Source: an uncultured Mycoplasmatota bacterium | GTDB taxonomy: Bacteria; Bacillota_I; Bacilli_A; RF39; UBA660 | Length of the DNA: 26,502 nt | NCBI GenBank assembly: GCA_900553435.1 | Contig: USDC01000001.1 | Coordinates: forward strand, 1-26,502 | Reading direction: 5' to 3' | Part shown: positions 1 through 10,635 of the stretch, in pieces | How positions within the stretch are numbered: position 1 is the first letter of the stretch | Layout: every line of letters begins with the position of its first letter | The notes under the pieces: model-generated | Databases searched by the model: none | What the model saw: only the letters and a program-made list of their open reading frames with translations | What the model was told of the DNA's origin: nothing | Program-made: the position numbers and the translations under genes

Positions 1-884
1 TTTCCTAGGTTTCTTATTTTCATCATTTCAGATTCACTCATATTAGTTAAATCTTGTAATGTATGAAGTCCAGCTCTTTTTAGACAATTATAAGCTCTTA
101 CTGATAAGTCTAGTTCTTCTACTGGAGTTTCTAAAGTTTTAACTACTGGGTCTTCTTCTTTATCTGCGAGTAATCCTGTTAAATCTGCGATTTTATTAAG
201 TTCAGTTACCACTTCAAAGTGTTCTATTAAAATTCTACTTGCAAGTGCGATTGCTTCTTCTGGAGTGATTGAACCATTAGTCCAAACTTCCATAGTAAGT
301 TTATCATAATTTTCACTTTGTCCTACACGAGCTCCCTCAACATCATAATTAATTCTTTCGATTGGTGAGTATAAAGCATCAATAAATATTGTTCCTACTG
401 ATGCATCAGGATAAAGTCTTTTGTTTTCTTTTGCATCAACATATCCTCTTCCGTTTGATACAGTAAGTTCCATATCAATTTTTCCACCTTTAGCTAAAGT
501 ACAAATAACTAAGTCTTCATTTATTACTTCAACATCTGCATCTTTTACAATATCTTTTGCTTTTACTTCTCCCTCTTTATCACTTTTTAAGTGTAATACT
601 TTATCTTCTTCACAATGTTTTTTTAATACTAAGTTTTTTAAATTTAATACTATTTGTGTAACATCTTCCATTACACTATCAATTTTTTGAAATTCATGAA
701 GAACACCTTCAATTTTAACACTTACAACAGCACTACCTGGTAAGTTTGATAACATTACTCTTCTAAGTGCGTTACCAATTGTAGTACCAAATCCTTTTTC
801 AAGCGGTTCTAAAACAAATTTTCCATAGAAATTATTTTCTATATATTCAGCTACTTTATATTCTGGTTTTTCAAATTTTAACAT
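1..884 (-). CDS. rpoA: DNA-directed RNA polymerase subunit alpha (3' end outside window)
   Basis: Not in the ORF track; translated manually from ATG at 884 (SD AAGGAAGGGG at 891-900): MLKFEKPEYKVAEY...FVLEPLEKGFGTTIGNALRRVMLS...GVLHEF...LDLSVRAYNCLKRAG. Follows rpsK directly. Confidence 0.98.
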   Translation of the reverse strand, partial: MLKFEKPEYKVAEYIENNFYGKFVLEPLEKGFGTTIGNALRRVMLSNLPGSAVVSVKIEGVLHEFQKIDSVMEDVTQIVLNLKNLVLKKHCEEDKVLHLKSDKEGEVKAKDIVKDADVEVINEDLVICTLAKGGKIDMELTVSNGRGYVDAKENKRLYPDASVGTIFIDALYSPIERINYDVEGARVGQSENYDKLTMEVWTNGSITPEEAIALASRILIEHFEVVTELNKIADLTGLLADKEEDPVVKTLETPVEELDLSVRAYNCLKRAGLHTLQDLTNMSESEMMKIRNLG

Positions 885-898
885 AACAATCCCCTTCC

Positions 899-1282
899 TT
901 ACACACGTCTTCTCTTAGGTGGTCTACATCCATTATGAGGTACTGGTGTAGTATCTGTTATTCCTGTAACTTCAAGACCAGCTGATTGTAATGAACGAAT
1001 GGCAGTTTCTCTTCCTTGTCCCATTCCTCTTACAAATACTTCTACTTTTTTCATTCCACATTCAATTGCTTTTTTTGCAGCTGCTTCTGCAGCTTGACCA
1101 GCAGCAAATGGAGTTTTCTTTTTACTTCCTTTAAATCCAATTGTTCCTGATGAAGCCCAGCTAATTACATTTCCTGTTGTATCAGTAATAGTTACAATTG
1201 TATTATTAAAGTTTGAATGTATATGAGCTTGACCCTCAGGTATATTACGCTTTACTTTTCTTTTTCTTCTATTATAAGCCAC
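899..1282 (-). CDS. rpsK: 30S ribosomal protein S11 (GTG start)
   Basis: [15 protein letters not shown]...[13 protein letters not shown]...[16 protein letters not shown]. Confidence 0.99.
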   Translation of the reverse strand: MAYNRRKRKVKRNIPEGQAHIHSNFNNTIVTITDTTGNVISWASSGTIGFKGSKKKTPFAAGQAAEAAAKKAIECGMKKVEVFVRGMGQGRETAIRSLQSAGLEVTGITDTTPVPHNGCRPPKRRRV

Positions 1283-1299
1283 TTTTTTATCCTCCTTAC

Positions 1300-1668
1300 T
1301 TATTTCTTCTTATTAGCAACAGCTTGTTTCTTTTTACCTTTACGAGTTCTAGCGTTAGATTGAGTTTTTTGTCCTCTAACTGGTAATCCTTTTCTATGTC
1401 TAATTCCACGATAATTACCAATTTCCATTAGATTTTTAATATTCATATCTACTTCACGTTTTAAGTCTCCACCAGTCACATATTTATCTGTTTCAACTCT
1501 AAGTTTGTTTACTTCTTCAATTGTTAAATCTTTTATTCTAACATCTTCACTAACACCTGCAGATGCACAGATTTCTTTTGCTCTAGCTGGACCTATTCCA
1601 TAGATATACTGTAAACCTATTACAGTTCTTTTATTTTTTGGTAAATCAATATTCTTTATACGTGCCAT
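1300..1668 (-). CDS. rpsM: 30S ribosomal protein S13
   Basis: [10 protein letters not shown]...IYGIG...[26 protein letters not shown]. Confidence 0.99.
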   Translation of the reverse strand: MARIKNIDLPKNKRTVIGLQYIYGIGPARAKEICASAGVSEDVRIKDLTIEEVNKLRVETDKYVTGGDLKREVDMNIKNLMEIGNYRGIRHRKGLPVRGQKTQSNARTRKGKKKQAVANKKK

Positions 1669-1680
1669 AAATTCCTCCTA

Positions 1681-1794
1681 TTATCCTTGTCTTTGTTTGT
1701 GTTTAGGGTTTTCACAAATAACCATAACTTTTCCTTTTCTTTTTATTACTTTGCATTTATCGCAAATTGGTTTTACACTTGCTCTAACTTTCAT
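1681..1794 (-). CDS. rpmJ: 50S ribosomal protein L36 (Zn-ribbon form, 37 aa)
   Basis: Below the ORF-track size cutoff; manual translation [37 protein letters not shown], with SD AAGGAGG upstream. Confidence 0.98.
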   Translation of the reverse strand: MKVRASVKPICDKCKVIKRKGKVMVICENPKHKQRQG

Positions 1795-1808
1795 AGTATT
1801 CCTCCTTG

Positions 1809-2024
1809 TTACTTTCTATAAATTATACGCCCATGTTTTAAATCAGTTAATGGAACTTCCATAAGTACAGTATCACCTGCAAGAATACGAATATTAAAAT
1901 TTCGCATTTTTCCAGAAACATAGGCAACTACCGTATGTCCATTTTCTATTTGTACTTTAAATTCTCCGCGTGGTAAAAGTTCTATAACTTTACCTTCTAA
2001 TTCAATGTAATCTTTCTTAGCCAT
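1809..2024 (-). CDS. infA: Translation initiation factor IF-1
   Basis: [18 protein letters not shown]...SGKMR..IRILAGD...GRIIYR; canonical position between map and rpmJ. Confidence 0.97.
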   Translation of the reverse strand: MAKKDYIELEGKVIELLPRGEFKVQIENGHTVVAYVSGKMRNFNIRILAGDTVLMEVPLTDLKHGRIIYRK

Positions 2025-2027
2025 AAC

Positions 2028-2777
2028 TCACTCTCCCGTTAATATTTCATATCCATCTTCTGTTACAACAATGCTGTGTTCAAAGTGTGCAGCAACACTT
2101 TCGTCTTGTGTAATAATACCCCAACCGTCTTCAAGTAAGTAAATTTCCCTACTGTGAAGAGCAAACATCGGCTCTATTGCTAATGTCATTCCTGGCTTAA
2201 GTATAATACTTTCACTTTCTTTATTTGAGTAATTTGGAATATAAGGATCTTCATGTAAACTAATTCCTACTCCATGTCCAGTAAGTTCTCTTATTACACC
2301 ATAGTTATATTCCTTTGCAATGCTTTCAATTTTTTTGCACACTTCATTTAGTTTTATTCCTGGTTTTACGATTTTGATACCTTCATATAATGCTTTCTTA
2401 GTGTTCTCTACTAAGTCTTTTACTTCTTTAATTGTGCTTCCTACAATATATGTTCTAGCGGTATCAGCATGTACACCATTTTTACAAACACCAACGTCAA
2501 TTGATACAACATCTCCACTTTTAATTTTTCTACTGCCAGGTATTCCGTGAACTACTTCTTCATTTATTGATACACAAATACTTGCTGGATATCCTTCATA
2601 GTTTAGAAATGAAGGAGTCGCTTCATTTTTTGTTATAAATTTGTATGCAACTTCATCAAGTCTTTTTGTTGTTATCCCCTCTTTTACATAACCCTCTAAT
2701 AAGTTTAGAAGATTATATGCAATATGTCCAGCTTCTTTCATATTTTTTATTTGTTCAGTATTTTTTATGGTTATCAT
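2028..2777 (-). CDS. map: Type I methionyl aminopeptidase
   Basis: SICVSINEEVVHGIP, DVG...HADTART, GHGVG..LHEDP, AIEPM, AAHFEHSI motifs. Confidence 0.98.
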   Translation of the reverse strand: MITIKNTEQIKNMKEAGHIAYNLLNLLEGYVKEGITTKRLDEVAYKFITKNEATPSFLNYEGYPASICVSINEEVVHGIPGSRKIKSGDVVSIDVGVCKNGVHADTARTYIVGSTIKEVKDLVENTKKALYEGIKIVKPGIKLNEVCKKIESIAKEYNYGVIRELTGHGVGISLHEDPYIPNYSNKESESIILKPGMTLAIEPMFALHSREIYLLEDGWGIITQDESVAAHFEHSIVVTEDGYEILTGE

Positions 2778-3430
2778 TATTCACCTAACGTTAGTATTAA
2801 TTCATTTATTATTTGTTCAATACTTTTTCGTGCATCAATAATAGTTAAATTTCCTTTTTCTTTATAAAAATTAATTAATGGTTCTGTTTCCTTTAAATAA
2901 TTTTCAAATCTTTTCTTAAATGTTTCTTCGTTATCATCAGCTCTTTTAGTTAATTTAGAACCACATATATCACAAATATCTTTTTCTTTAGGTTTGTGGT
3001 CTTCCGTGTTTTCGTTATAAGAAATTTTACAAACTGGACACACAAGTCTTCCTAAAGTTCTAAATAATGCTGTTTCCTCATCAACATCTAAGAAGTATAC
3101 TTTACCGTGATCTATATTAAGTTCATTACAAATATCAATATAATCTCTGGCTTGATTAACTTTTCTAGGATATCCATCTAAAACAAATGGTTTATCAAAA
3201 TCAAGTGACGAAATTTTACTTTTCATAAGTTCTTTTAGCATATCATCTTCAACAAGATTTCCACTTTCAACGATATCTTTTATACTAAGCCCAAGCTCAC
3301 TTCCACTTTTTATTTCATCTCTTAATACATCTCCAGCGGAAAGATGATTATATCCATATTTTTCTTTTAAAAATCCTGAAACTGTCCCCTTACCCGCAGC
3401 AGGGGGAGCTATTAAAATTACATTTCTCAT
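2777..3430 (-). CDS. adk: Adenylate kinase with Zn-binding LID
   Basis: P-loop APPAAGKGT, LDGYPR, CPVC...CDIC lid, RADDNEE; position after secY. Confidence 0.96.
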   Translation of the reverse strand: MRNVILIAPPAAGKGTVSGFLKEKYGYNHLSAGDVLRDEIKSGSELGLSIKDIVESGNLVEDDMLKELMKSKISSLDFDKPFVLDGYPRKVNQARDYIDICNELNIDHGKVYFLDVDEETALFRTLGRLVCPVCKISYNENTEDHKPKEKDICDICGSKLTKRADDNEETFKKRFENYLKETEPLINFYKEKGNLTIIDARKSIEQIINELILTLGE

Positions 3431-3433
3431 ATA

Positions 3434-4689
3434 TTACCTTCTATTATAATTTCTACTTGCAACACTACTTTCAAGTTGTTTATAAGTTTCAAGTACTACA
3501 CCAACTACGATTAATAGTCCTGTTCCACCTACAGTTACAGTACTTGGTAGTCCAGAAAATGCAGTAATAATATTGGTAATGCTGCGATTATACTTAGGAA
3601 TATTGCTCCTAAGAAAGTTATTCTTTTTAGTACTTTTGATATGTAAGTACTTGTTTCATTACCAGGTCTAATTCCTGGTATATATCCTCCACTTTTGTTT
3701 AAATTCTTAGAAAGTTCTGTTGGATTTATTACTACATAAGTATAAAAATATACAAATAATATAATTAATAGAATATATAATAAAAATCCTGTTGGTGAAG
3801 TATAAGATAAGTATTTATTAATAAATAATGTTACACCTTCACTCTTTGTAAAATAAGCTATTGTTGTTGGAACTGCGATTAAAGCAGATGCAAATATTAC
3901 TGGAATAACGTTTGCACTATTTAGCTTTAATGGTAAATAAGATTGTCTTCCGCCAAATGCAGAATTACTTTTATTTGAATATTGTATAGGAATTCTTCTT
4001 TCTGCTTGTTGTGTAAAAATTACTCCAACTATTATTGCTAAATATATTAATACAAAGAAAACGTAAGATAAAATTCCTATAAATAAGTTTCCACTACCAT
4101 CAAGTGGTACAAAACTATTAAATGCTTCTACAAACATTGATGGAATTGTATTTACTATTCCAGCCATAATTATAAGTGATATACCATTACCTATTCCTTT
4201 TTTTGTTATTTGGTCTCCTAACCATAGTAGAAACGCTGTACCAGCAGTAAGTATTAAAGTAACTTCGATATATCTCATAGGATCTGTATTTTCTCCGATA
4301 AACATTACTGAGAATATATACCCTTCAATAAATGCAATTCCAATACCAGCATATCTAGTTATTTTATTTATCTTTCTTCTGCCTTCTTCTCCCATTTCTT
4401 TAAGTTCTTTAAAATATGGAATTATATCCATTTGTAAAAGTTGCATTACAATGGAAGCTGTAATGTATGGCATAACACCTAGTGCAAAAATTGAGAAGTT
4501 TTTAAGTCCTCCCCCAGCCATTGCATTAAGTAGTTCTAAAAAACCTAAGTCTCCAACAATTCTTTCCATTCCTGGTACAGTTATTGCATTACCTAAGCTA
4601 AATATAATAAGTGCACCAAGTGTAAAAAATATTCTATTTCTTATATCCTTGTTAGTAGATTTAAATACTTGCTTAAATGTAGCAAACAT
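3434..4689 (-). CDS. secY: Preprotein translocase SecY, with a 1-nt frameshift near 3570 (likely sequence error)
   Basis: ORF 3535-4689 has FSIFALGVMPYITASI, GIGNGISL and IPGIRPG. The conserved last helix (IITAFSGLPSTVTVGGTGLLIVVGVVLETYKQLE...YNRR*) continues in another frame to TAA at 3434-3436. Confidence 0.96.
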
Positions 4690-5133
4690 CTAAATCACCT
4701 CTGCTTTCCCGCCTAGTTCTTGTATTTTGTTAATTGCACTGTTAGTAAAAATATTAGCTTTTACAGTTAATTTCTTTTCTAACTTTCCATTTCCTAGTAT
4801 TTTTATACCAGATAATTCTTTATTAACTAATCTTTTTTCTTTTAATAATTCTGGTGTTACTACTGTTCCATCTTCAAAAATATTTAATGAAGAAACGTTT
4901 ACTATTGCATATCTAGTTGTAAATCTTTTATTGTTAAAACCTCTCTTTGGAATTCTTTTATATAATGGATTTTGTCCACCTTCAAACCATGCACGCACTT
5001 TTCCGCCACTACGAGAAAGTTGTCCATTTTCACCACGACCTGCAGTCTTACCTAGACCACTTCCTGGTCCTCTTCCAACAACTTTTCTTCTGTGAGTAGA
5101 CCCAGGTGTGCTTTTTAATTCATGTAATTTCAT
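4690..5133 (-). CDS. rplO: 50S ribosomal protein L15
   Basis: [20 protein letters not shown]...[17 protein letters not shown]. Confidence 0.99.
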   Translation of the reverse strand: MKLHELKSTPGSTHRRKVVGRGPGSGLGKTAGRGENGQLSRSGGKVRAWFEGGQNPLYKRIPKRGFNNKRFTTRYAIVNVSSLNIFEDGTVVTPELLKEKRLVNKELSGIKILGNGKLEKKLTVKANIFTNSAINKIQELGGKAEVI

Positions 5134-5136
5134 TTA

Positions 5137-5640
5137 TTATAACTCCTCTACTTTTTTTCCACGAAGTGCAGCAATGTGTTCTTTGCTTTTTTGTTGTTTT
5201 AAAGCATCAATTGTTGCTCTTGCTGTATTAATTTTTGTATTACTTCCAAGAGATTTTGAAACAATATCTTTTACACCTGCAAGTTCTAGTACATTACGTA
5301 CAGGTCCACCAGCAATTATTCCGTTACCTTTTTTGGCAGGTTTTATTAAAACTTTAGCAGCACCACATTTACCAATTACTTCATGTGATAATGTTCTATT
5401 TTCTACTAAGTTTACTTTAAACACATTTCTATTTGCAGCTTGTATTGCTTTTTGAATTGCAACAGGTACTTCACTAGCTTTACCAGTTCCAATACCTACT
5501 GTACCTTTTCTGTCTCCTACTACAACAAGTGCTGTAAATCTAATAGTTCTACCACCTTTTGTAGTTTTAGCAACACGTCCAATAGAAATTAGCTTTTCTT
5601 CATATAAGTTTTTTCTTGACGTATCTTTTCTTTTATACAT
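5137..5640 (-). CDS. rpsE: 30S ribosomal protein S5
   Basis: [20 protein letters not shown]...[17 protein letters not shown]. Confidence 0.99.
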   Translation of the reverse strand: MYKRKDTSRKNLYEEKLISIGRVAKTTKGGRTIRFTALVVVGDRKGTVGIGTGKASEVPVAIQKAIQAANRNVFKVNLVENRTLSHEVIGKCGAAKVLIKPAKKGNGIIAGGPVRNVLELAGVKDIVSKSLGSNTKINTARATIDALKQQKSKEHIAALRGKKVEEL

Positions 5641-5653
5641 ATTTTCCTCCTTA

Positions 5654-6007
5654 TTAGAATTCTAAACCTTCAGCACGTGCTGCTTCTGCTAAAGCTTTAA
5701 CACGTCCATGATATAGGTATCCTCCTCTATCAAAAACAACACTCTTAATTTTTGCTTTTTTAGCTCTTTTTGCAACTTCAGCACCAACTTTTTTAGCAGT
5801 TTCAATGTTATTACCTTTAAGTTTCATATCTATTGATGATGCACTAACTAATGTTACTCCAGCTTCATCATCAATAATTTGTGCTGTTATATTGGTATTA
5901 GATCTAAATACGTTTAATCTAGGAGTATCAGCTGTTCCTTTAATGTTATTACGTATTTTCATATGTCTTTTTTTACGAGCATCGTTTCTTGAAACTTTTT
6001 TAATCAT
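5654..6007 (-). CDS. rplR: 50S ribosomal protein L18
   Basis: PRLNVFRSN...[28 protein letters not shown]. Confidence 0.99.
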   Translation of the reverse strand: MIKKVSRNDARKKRHMKIRNNIKGTADTPRLNVFRSNTNITAQIIDDEAGVTLVSASSIDMKLKGNNIETAKKVGAEVAKRAKKAKIKSVVFDRGGYLYHGRVKALAEAARAEGLEF

Positions 6008-6031
6008 ATTATACTCTCCTTACTTTATAGG

Positions 6032-6568
6032 TTAAGCTGCTTTCTTTCCTTCTTTACGACGAATTCTTTCATCTTTGTAACGAATTCCTTTTCCTTTATA
6101 AGGTTCAGGTTTTCTAACATCTCTTACTTTCGCAGCAAATTCAGTTACTTTTTGTTTATCAATACCTTTTATAACTAACTCAGTATTACTTGGTACTTCT
6201 GCAGTTAATCCCTCAGGTATTTCCATTTTTACTTGATGTGAGTATCCAGCATTAATTGTTAGTAGTTTACCAGCAACTGCAAAACGATAACCAACACCAT
6301 TAATTTCTAAAGCTTTTTCATATCCCTTACTAACACCAATAATCATATTGTTTATAAGTGCATTAGTAGTTCCATGTAATTGTTTAGTATGTTTAATTTC
6401 GTTATCTCTAGTTACTGTTATAACTCCGTCCTTTATAGTTACTTTTATACATTTAGCAAAATCTAAACTTAAAGTTCCTTTAGGACCTGTAACAGTTATA
6501 GTGTTATTTTCTATATTTGCACTTACTCCATCAGGTAGTTTTAATTCTCTTTTTCCTACACGACTCAT
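6032..6568 (-). CDS. rplF: 50S ribosomal protein L6
   Basis: MSRVGKR...GPKGTL...GVGYR...RKPEPYKGKGIRY; start set at ATG 6568, with SD AAAGGA upstream. Confidence 0.98.
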   Translation of the reverse strand: MSRVGKRELKLPDGVSANIENNTITVTGPKGTLSLDFAKCIKVTIKDGVITVTRDNEIKHTKQLHGTTNALINNMIIGVSKGYEKALEINGVGYRFAVAGKLLTINAGYSHQVKMEIPEGLTAEVPSNTELVIKGIDKQKVTEFAAKVRDVRKPEPYKGKGIRYKDERIRRKEGKKAA

Positions 6569-6593
6569 ACATTCCATTCCTTTCAGTTTATTT

Positions 6594-6992
6594 TTACCAA
6601 ATGTATGCTAATACTTCTCCTCCAAGACTTTTACTTCTTGCATCTTTATCTGTCATCAATCCTTGTGAAGTAGAAATAATAGCTATTCCTAATCCATTTA
6701 ATACTTTTGGTACTTCATCTTTTTTTGCATATACACGTAATCCTGGTTTACTAATTCTTTTAAGACCAGTAATTACTCTTTCTTTTTTCTTACCATACTT
6801 TAAGTTAAGTATGATCATTTCACCAGTTTTATTTTCTTCTTTTTCATATCCACTGATATATCCTTCGTTAACTAAAATATCTGCGATAGCTCTTGTCATC
6901 TTAGTTGATGGAACTGAAACTGTTTCATATCTTAATTGATTAGCATTACGAATTCTAGTTAACATATCTGCGACTGTATCGGTAACTACCAT
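6594..6992 (-). CDS. rpsH: 30S ribosomal protein S8
   Basis: [17 protein letters not shown]...[10 protein letters not shown]...GGEVLAYIW; start set at ATG 6992, with SD GGGAGG upstream. Confidence 0.98.
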   Translation of the reverse strand: MVVTDTVADMLTRIRNANQLRYETVSVPSTKMTRAIADILVNEGYISGYEKEENKTGEMIILNLKYGKKKERVITGLKRISKPGLRVYAKKDEVPKVLNGLGIAIISTSQGLMTDKDARSKSLGGEVLAYIW

Positions 6993-7008
6993 CAAAAGTC
7001 CTCCCTTC

Positions 7009-7194
7009 TTACCAACTTGACTTTTTAACACCAGGTATTTGCCCTTTATATGCTAATTCTCTAAAGCAAATACGGCAAAGTCCAAATTTTCTTATAACAC
7101 TATGTGGTCTTCCACATCTAGTGCATCTTGTATATTTACGTACTTTATATTTTGGTTCACGTTTTTGTTTAACCACCATACTTTTTCTTGCCAT
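7009..7194 (-). CDS. rpsN: 30S ribosomal protein S14, short Zn-binding (type Z) form
   Basis: 61 aa, RCTRCGR...[11 protein letters not shown]...PGVKKSSW. Confidence 0.98.
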   Translation of the reverse strand: MARKSMVVKQKREPKYKVRKYTRCTRCGRPHSVIRKFGLCRICFRELAYKGQIPGVKKSSW

Positions 7195-7209
7195 ATAACT
7201 ATTCCTTTC

Positions 7210-7749
7210 CTACTTTCTAAAAGGTAATCCAAATTCTTTTAAAAGTTCAAGTGCTTCATCATTACTTTTAGCTGTTGTAACAATAACGATATCTAGTCCA
7301 CGAACTTTTATTACATTATCATAATTAACTTCTGGGAATACTAGTTGTTCTTTAATTCCAAGAGTATAATTTCCTCTTCCATCAAAAGAATGTTTACTAA
7401 TTCCACGGAAATCTCTTACACGAGGTAAAGCAACTTTAACTAATTTTTCTAAGAAAATATACATATTATCTCCACGAAGAGTAACTTTACAACCAATTGT
7501 TTGACCTTCTCTTATTTTAAATCCAGCAATAGATTTTTTAGCTTTTGTTACAACTGGTTTTTGTCCAGCAATAACTTCTAATTCTTTTACGGCAGCATCT
7601 ATATATTTAGAATCATGTGCTCCGTCTCCAACACCCATATTAAGTACAATTTTTTCTAGTTTTGGTACTTGCATTGTACTCTTATATCCAAATTTCTTTT
7701 TTAGGCTTGGAACTATTTCTTTAATGTATTGTTCTTTTAATGTTTCCAT
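7210..7749 (-). CDS. rplE: 50S ribosomal protein L5
   Basis: [14 protein letters not shown]...[13 protein letters not shown]...[17 protein letters not shown]. Confidence 0.99.
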   Translation of the reverse strand: METLKEQYIKEIVPSLKKKFGYKSTMQVPKLEKIVLNMGVGDGAHDSKYIDAAVKELEVIAGQKPVVTKAKKSIAGFKIREGQTIGCKVTLRGDNMYIFLEKLVKVALPRVRDFRGISKHSFDGRGNYTLGIKEQLVFPEVNYDNVIKVRGLDIVIVTTAKSNDEALELLKEFGLPFRK

Positions 7750-7756
7750 AATTCAC

Positions 7757-8050
7757 CTACTTGCTTTCCTTTTTTGTTGTTTTTTTAGTTGGTTCTTTTT
7801 TAGTTACTTTCTTTTCTTTTTTCTTATCTTCTTTAGAAATTAGTTTTACATTAGACACATGTATTGGAGCTTCAGTTTCAATAATTCCTCCACTTTCATT
7901 TTGTCCATTAGGTTTAATATGTTTTTTAACAATATTAATTTTTTCAACTATCACTTTATCTTTATTTTTAAGTGTAGTAATTACTTTACCTTCTTTACCT
8001 TTATCTTTACCAGTTATTACTTTAACTGTATCTCCTACTTTTATTTTCAC
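7757..8050 (-). CDS. rplX: 50S ribosomal protein L24 (GTG start; Lys-rich tail)
   Basis: KOW motif [18 protein letters not shown] and EAPIHVSNV. Confidence 0.97.
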   Translation of the reverse strand: MKIKVGDTVKVITGKDKGKEGKVITTLKNKDKVIVEKINIVKKHIKPNGQNESGGIIETEAPIHVSNVKLISKEDKKKEKKVTKKEPTKKTTKKESK

Positions 8051-8060
8051 ACTTTACCTC

Positions 8061-8429
8061 CTATAACACTTCTGGTGCTAGTGAAACAATTTTTGTGAAT
8101 CCTTTATCACGTATTTCACGAGCAACAGGTCCAAGAACACGAGTTCCAACTGGACTGTTATCATCTTTAATTAATACACAAGCATTATCATCGAATTTGA
8201 TATGACTACCATCTTCTCTTTTAACACCTTTTACTGTTCTAACAATAACAGCTTTTACAACTTTTCCTTTTTTTACTGAGCTGTTTGGAATTGCTTTTTT
8301 AACAGTCCCAACAACTATATCTCCAATATTACCGCTTCTTACAAAGCTGCCTCCTTTAACTCTAATAACTAGTATTTCACGAGCTCCAGAGTTATCTGCA
8401 ACTTTCAAACGTGTTTCTGGTTGTACCAT
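8061..8429 (-). CDS. rplN: 50S ribosomal protein L14
   Basis: LKVADNSGA...KFDDNACVL...[11 protein letters not shown]...IVSLAPEVL. Confidence 0.99.
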   Translation of the reverse strand: MVQPETRLKVADNSGAREILVIRVKGGSFVRSGNIGDIVVGTVKKAIPNSSVKKGKVVKAVIVRTVKGVKREDGSHIKFDDNACVLIKDDNSPVGTRVLGPVAREIRDKGFTKIVSLAPEVL

Positions 8430-8445
8430 AATTAGTCCTCCCTCT

Positions 8446-8709
8446 TTATAGAATTACAGATTCTTCTGTAACACTTACTAATTCATATCTTTTAGTTTTA
8501 GATAATGGTCTAGTTGCTACTATACGAACTGTATCTCCTACTTTTGCAATATTTTTTTCATCATGAACTGCATATTTTTTAGTATATTTAACTCTTTTAC
8601 CATATAATGGATGTTTCATATAAGTTTCAGTTGCTACGATAATTGTTTTATCACCTTTATCACTAACAACTTTACCAGTTAGCTCTTGTCTATTTTTCTT
8701 CTCCATCAT
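8446..8709 (-). CDS. rpsQ: 30S ribosomal protein S17 (start at 8709 or 8706)
   Basis: [12 protein letters not shown]...HPLYGK...HDE...TRPLSKTKR. Confidence 0.97.
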   Translation of the reverse strand: MMEKKNRQELTGKVVSDKGDKTIIVATETYMKHPLYGKRVKYTKKYAVHDEKNIAKVGDTVRIVATRPLSKTKRYELVSVTEESVIL

Positions 8710-8905
8710 GGCCTCCTTCTAATTCACGTTCTCTTAGAACTGTTTTTAGTCTTGCAACTTCTTTTCTTAGTTCATTTAGTCTATGAGGTTTTTCTAAACT
8801 TCCCATAGCTCCACTAAAACGTAAATTAAATAATTCTTCTTTGTTTTCTAATATTTTTTTATTTATTTCTTCAGTGGTTAATTCTCTAATTTCTTTAGTC
8901 TTCAT
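8690..8905 (-). CDS. rpmC: 50S ribosomal protein L29
   Basis: KEELFNLRF...[23 protein letters not shown]. Confidence 0.98.
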   Translation of the reverse strand: MKTKEIRELTTEEINKKILENKEELFNLRFSGAMGSLEKPHRLNELRKEVARLKTVLRERELEGGHDGEEK

Positions 8906-9326
8906 TCTTCACCACTTCCTTTTTTACAAATTTTGTTTTAATAGGTAGTTTATGTGATGCAAGACGAAATGCTTCTCTTGCTACTGCTTCACTAGTACCA
9001 GCCATTTCAAACATTACACAACCTTGTTTTACTACTGCTACCCATTCTTCAACACTACCTTTTCCACTTCCCATACGTACTCCAAGAGGTTTTTTAGTTC
9101 TTGCTAAGTGTGGGAAAATATTAATCCATACTTTACCGCTTTTACTTTTTTTCATATATCTTGTCATTGCAATACGTGCTGCTTCTATTTGTCTTGCAGT
9201 AATGTATGCACCTTCTTTAGCCATAAGTCCGTACTCACCAAAAGAAACTTCCTTGTGTCCTTTTGTTTTTCCTTCATAGCTAACACGGTGAGGTTTACGA
9301 TATTTAGTTCTTTTTGGCATCAACAT
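8895..9326 (-). CDS. rplP: 50S ribosomal protein L16
   Basis: [11 protein letters not shown]...QIEAARIA...VRMGSGKG...KLPIKTKFV; start set at ATG 9326, with SD GGAGGT upstream. Confidence 0.98.
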   Translation of the reverse strand: MLMPKRTKYRKPHRVSYEGKTKGHKEVSFGEYGLMAKEGAYITARQIEAARIAMTRYMKKSKSGKVWINIFPHLARTKKPLGVRMGSGKGSVEEWVAVVKQGCVMFEMAGTSEAVAREAFRLASHKLPIKTKFVKKEVVKNED

Positions 9327-9981
9327 CTTTATTACCTCCCTTATTTTTCTTAGAGGCAAGGATTTCACCTTTATAGATCCATACTTTAATACCAATCTTA
9401 CCATATGTAGTATCAGCTTCTTTATGTGCATAATCTATATCAGCTCTTAAGGTATGAAGTGGAACAGTTCCTTCACTATATCCTTCACTTCTTGCAATTT
9501 CAGCACCATTTAAACGTCCTGAAACCATAGTCTTTATACCTTTTGCTCCTGCTTTCATAGTATTTCTTATTGCTCTTTTTTGAGCTACTCTAAATGAAAC
9601 TCTGTTTTCTATTTGTGTTGCAATACTTTCTGCTACTAAATTAGCATCTAAATCTGGTTTTTTAATTTCGACTATTGAAATGTATATTTCTTCACCAGTT
9701 ATTTTAGCAAGTTCTTTTTTATGACGTTCAATATCTTCTCCACCACGACCTATTACAAGTCCTGGTTTAGCAGTTTTGATTATGATATTTGTACGTTTTT
9801 TATTTCTTTCAATAACAATACTTGCAACACTTGCTCCTTTTAAAACTTTCTCTAAATATTTACGAATTTTAATATCTATATTTAAATACTTAGAAAAATC
9901 TTTTTTAGAAGCATACCATTTACTTTCCCAGTCTTTATTAATACCTATTCTCATTCCAACTGGACTTACTTTTTGACCCAT
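9304..9981 (-). CDS. rpsC: 30S ribosomal protein S3
   Basis: [13 protein letters not shown]...[10 protein letters not shown]...[25 protein letters not shown]. Confidence 0.99.
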   Translation of the reverse strand: MGQKVSPVGMRIGINKDWESKWYASKKDFSKYLNIDIKIRKYLEKVLKGASVASIVIERNKKRTNIIIKTAKPGLVIGRGGEDIERHKKELAKITGEEIYISIVEIKKPDLDANLVAESIATQIENRVSFRVAQKRAIRNTMKAGAKGIKTMVSGRLNGAEIARSEGYSEGTVPLHTLRADIDYAHKEADTTYGKIGIKVWIYKGEILASKKNKGGNKDVDAKKN

Positions 9982-9993
9982 AGATTTACCCTC

Positions 9994-10329
9994 CTATGCT
10001 CTTTCTTTAACTTTCACAATAATGTGACTTGTTCTTTTAAATCTCTTATCAACACGTGAACGAGATCCTACTTTAAATCTTTTAAGAACAGGTCCTTCAT
10101 TTATGTAAGTTTCATTTATATATAATTTACTTTCATCTAAATTTAAATTATTAACTGCGTTTGCTATCGCTGAGTCTAACACTTTGCTAATAAGTCTACT
10201 TGCCTTTGTATTAGTAGTACTTAAAATAGCTTTAGCTTCACTAGCACTTTTACCTCTTATTAAATCAAGAGTTAATCTTGCTTTACGAGGTGCAATCATC
10301 GCAGATTTATGAATAGCTACTGCTTCCAT
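9994..10329 (-). CDS. rplV: 50S ribosomal protein L22
   Basis: IAPRKARL..DLIRGK...SAIANAVNN...NEGPVLKR...KRTSHIIV. Confidence 0.98.
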   Translation of the reverse strand: MEAVAIHKSAMIAPRKARLTLDLIRGKSASEAKAILSTTNTKASRLISKVLDSAIANAVNNLNLDESKLYINETYINEGPVLKRFKVGSRSRVDKRFKRTSHIIVKVKERA

Positions 10330-10345
10330 AATTATCCTCCTTCAA

Positions 10346-10618
10346 TTATTTTTTGTTCTTGTCACTACCGTGTCCACCAAATTTACGAGTAAGCGCAAAT
10401 TCTCCTAGTCTGTAACCAACCATATCTTCAGTGACATATACTGGAATAAAATCTTTACCGTTATGTACCGCAAATGTATGTCCTACAAAATCAGGATAAA
10501 TAGTTGAGGCACGTGACCAAGTTTTAATAACTTCTTTTTTACCTGTTTCATTTAATTTTCTTACTTTTTTAAGCAATCTATTAAATACATAAGGTCTTTT
10601 TTTCAAACTTCTTGACAT
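10346..10618 (-). CDS. rpsS: 30S ribosomal protein S19
   Basis: MSRSLKK...IKTWSRAS...AVHNGK...[13 protein letters not shown]. Confidence 0.99.
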   Translation of the reverse strand: MSRSLKKRPYVFNRLLKKVRKLNETGKKEVIKTWSRASTIYPDFVGHTFAVHNGKDFIPVYVTEDMVGYRLGEFALTRKFGGHGSDKNKK

Positions 10619-10635
10619 ATTTACTTTCCTTTCTT

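Noticed and set aside
2022..2030. map ends in TGA in frame with infA (TGA GTT ATG): possible code 4 or read-through fusion
   Set aside because: The conserved genes are full length under code 11 with TGG Trp codons, and Map ends at its normal position.
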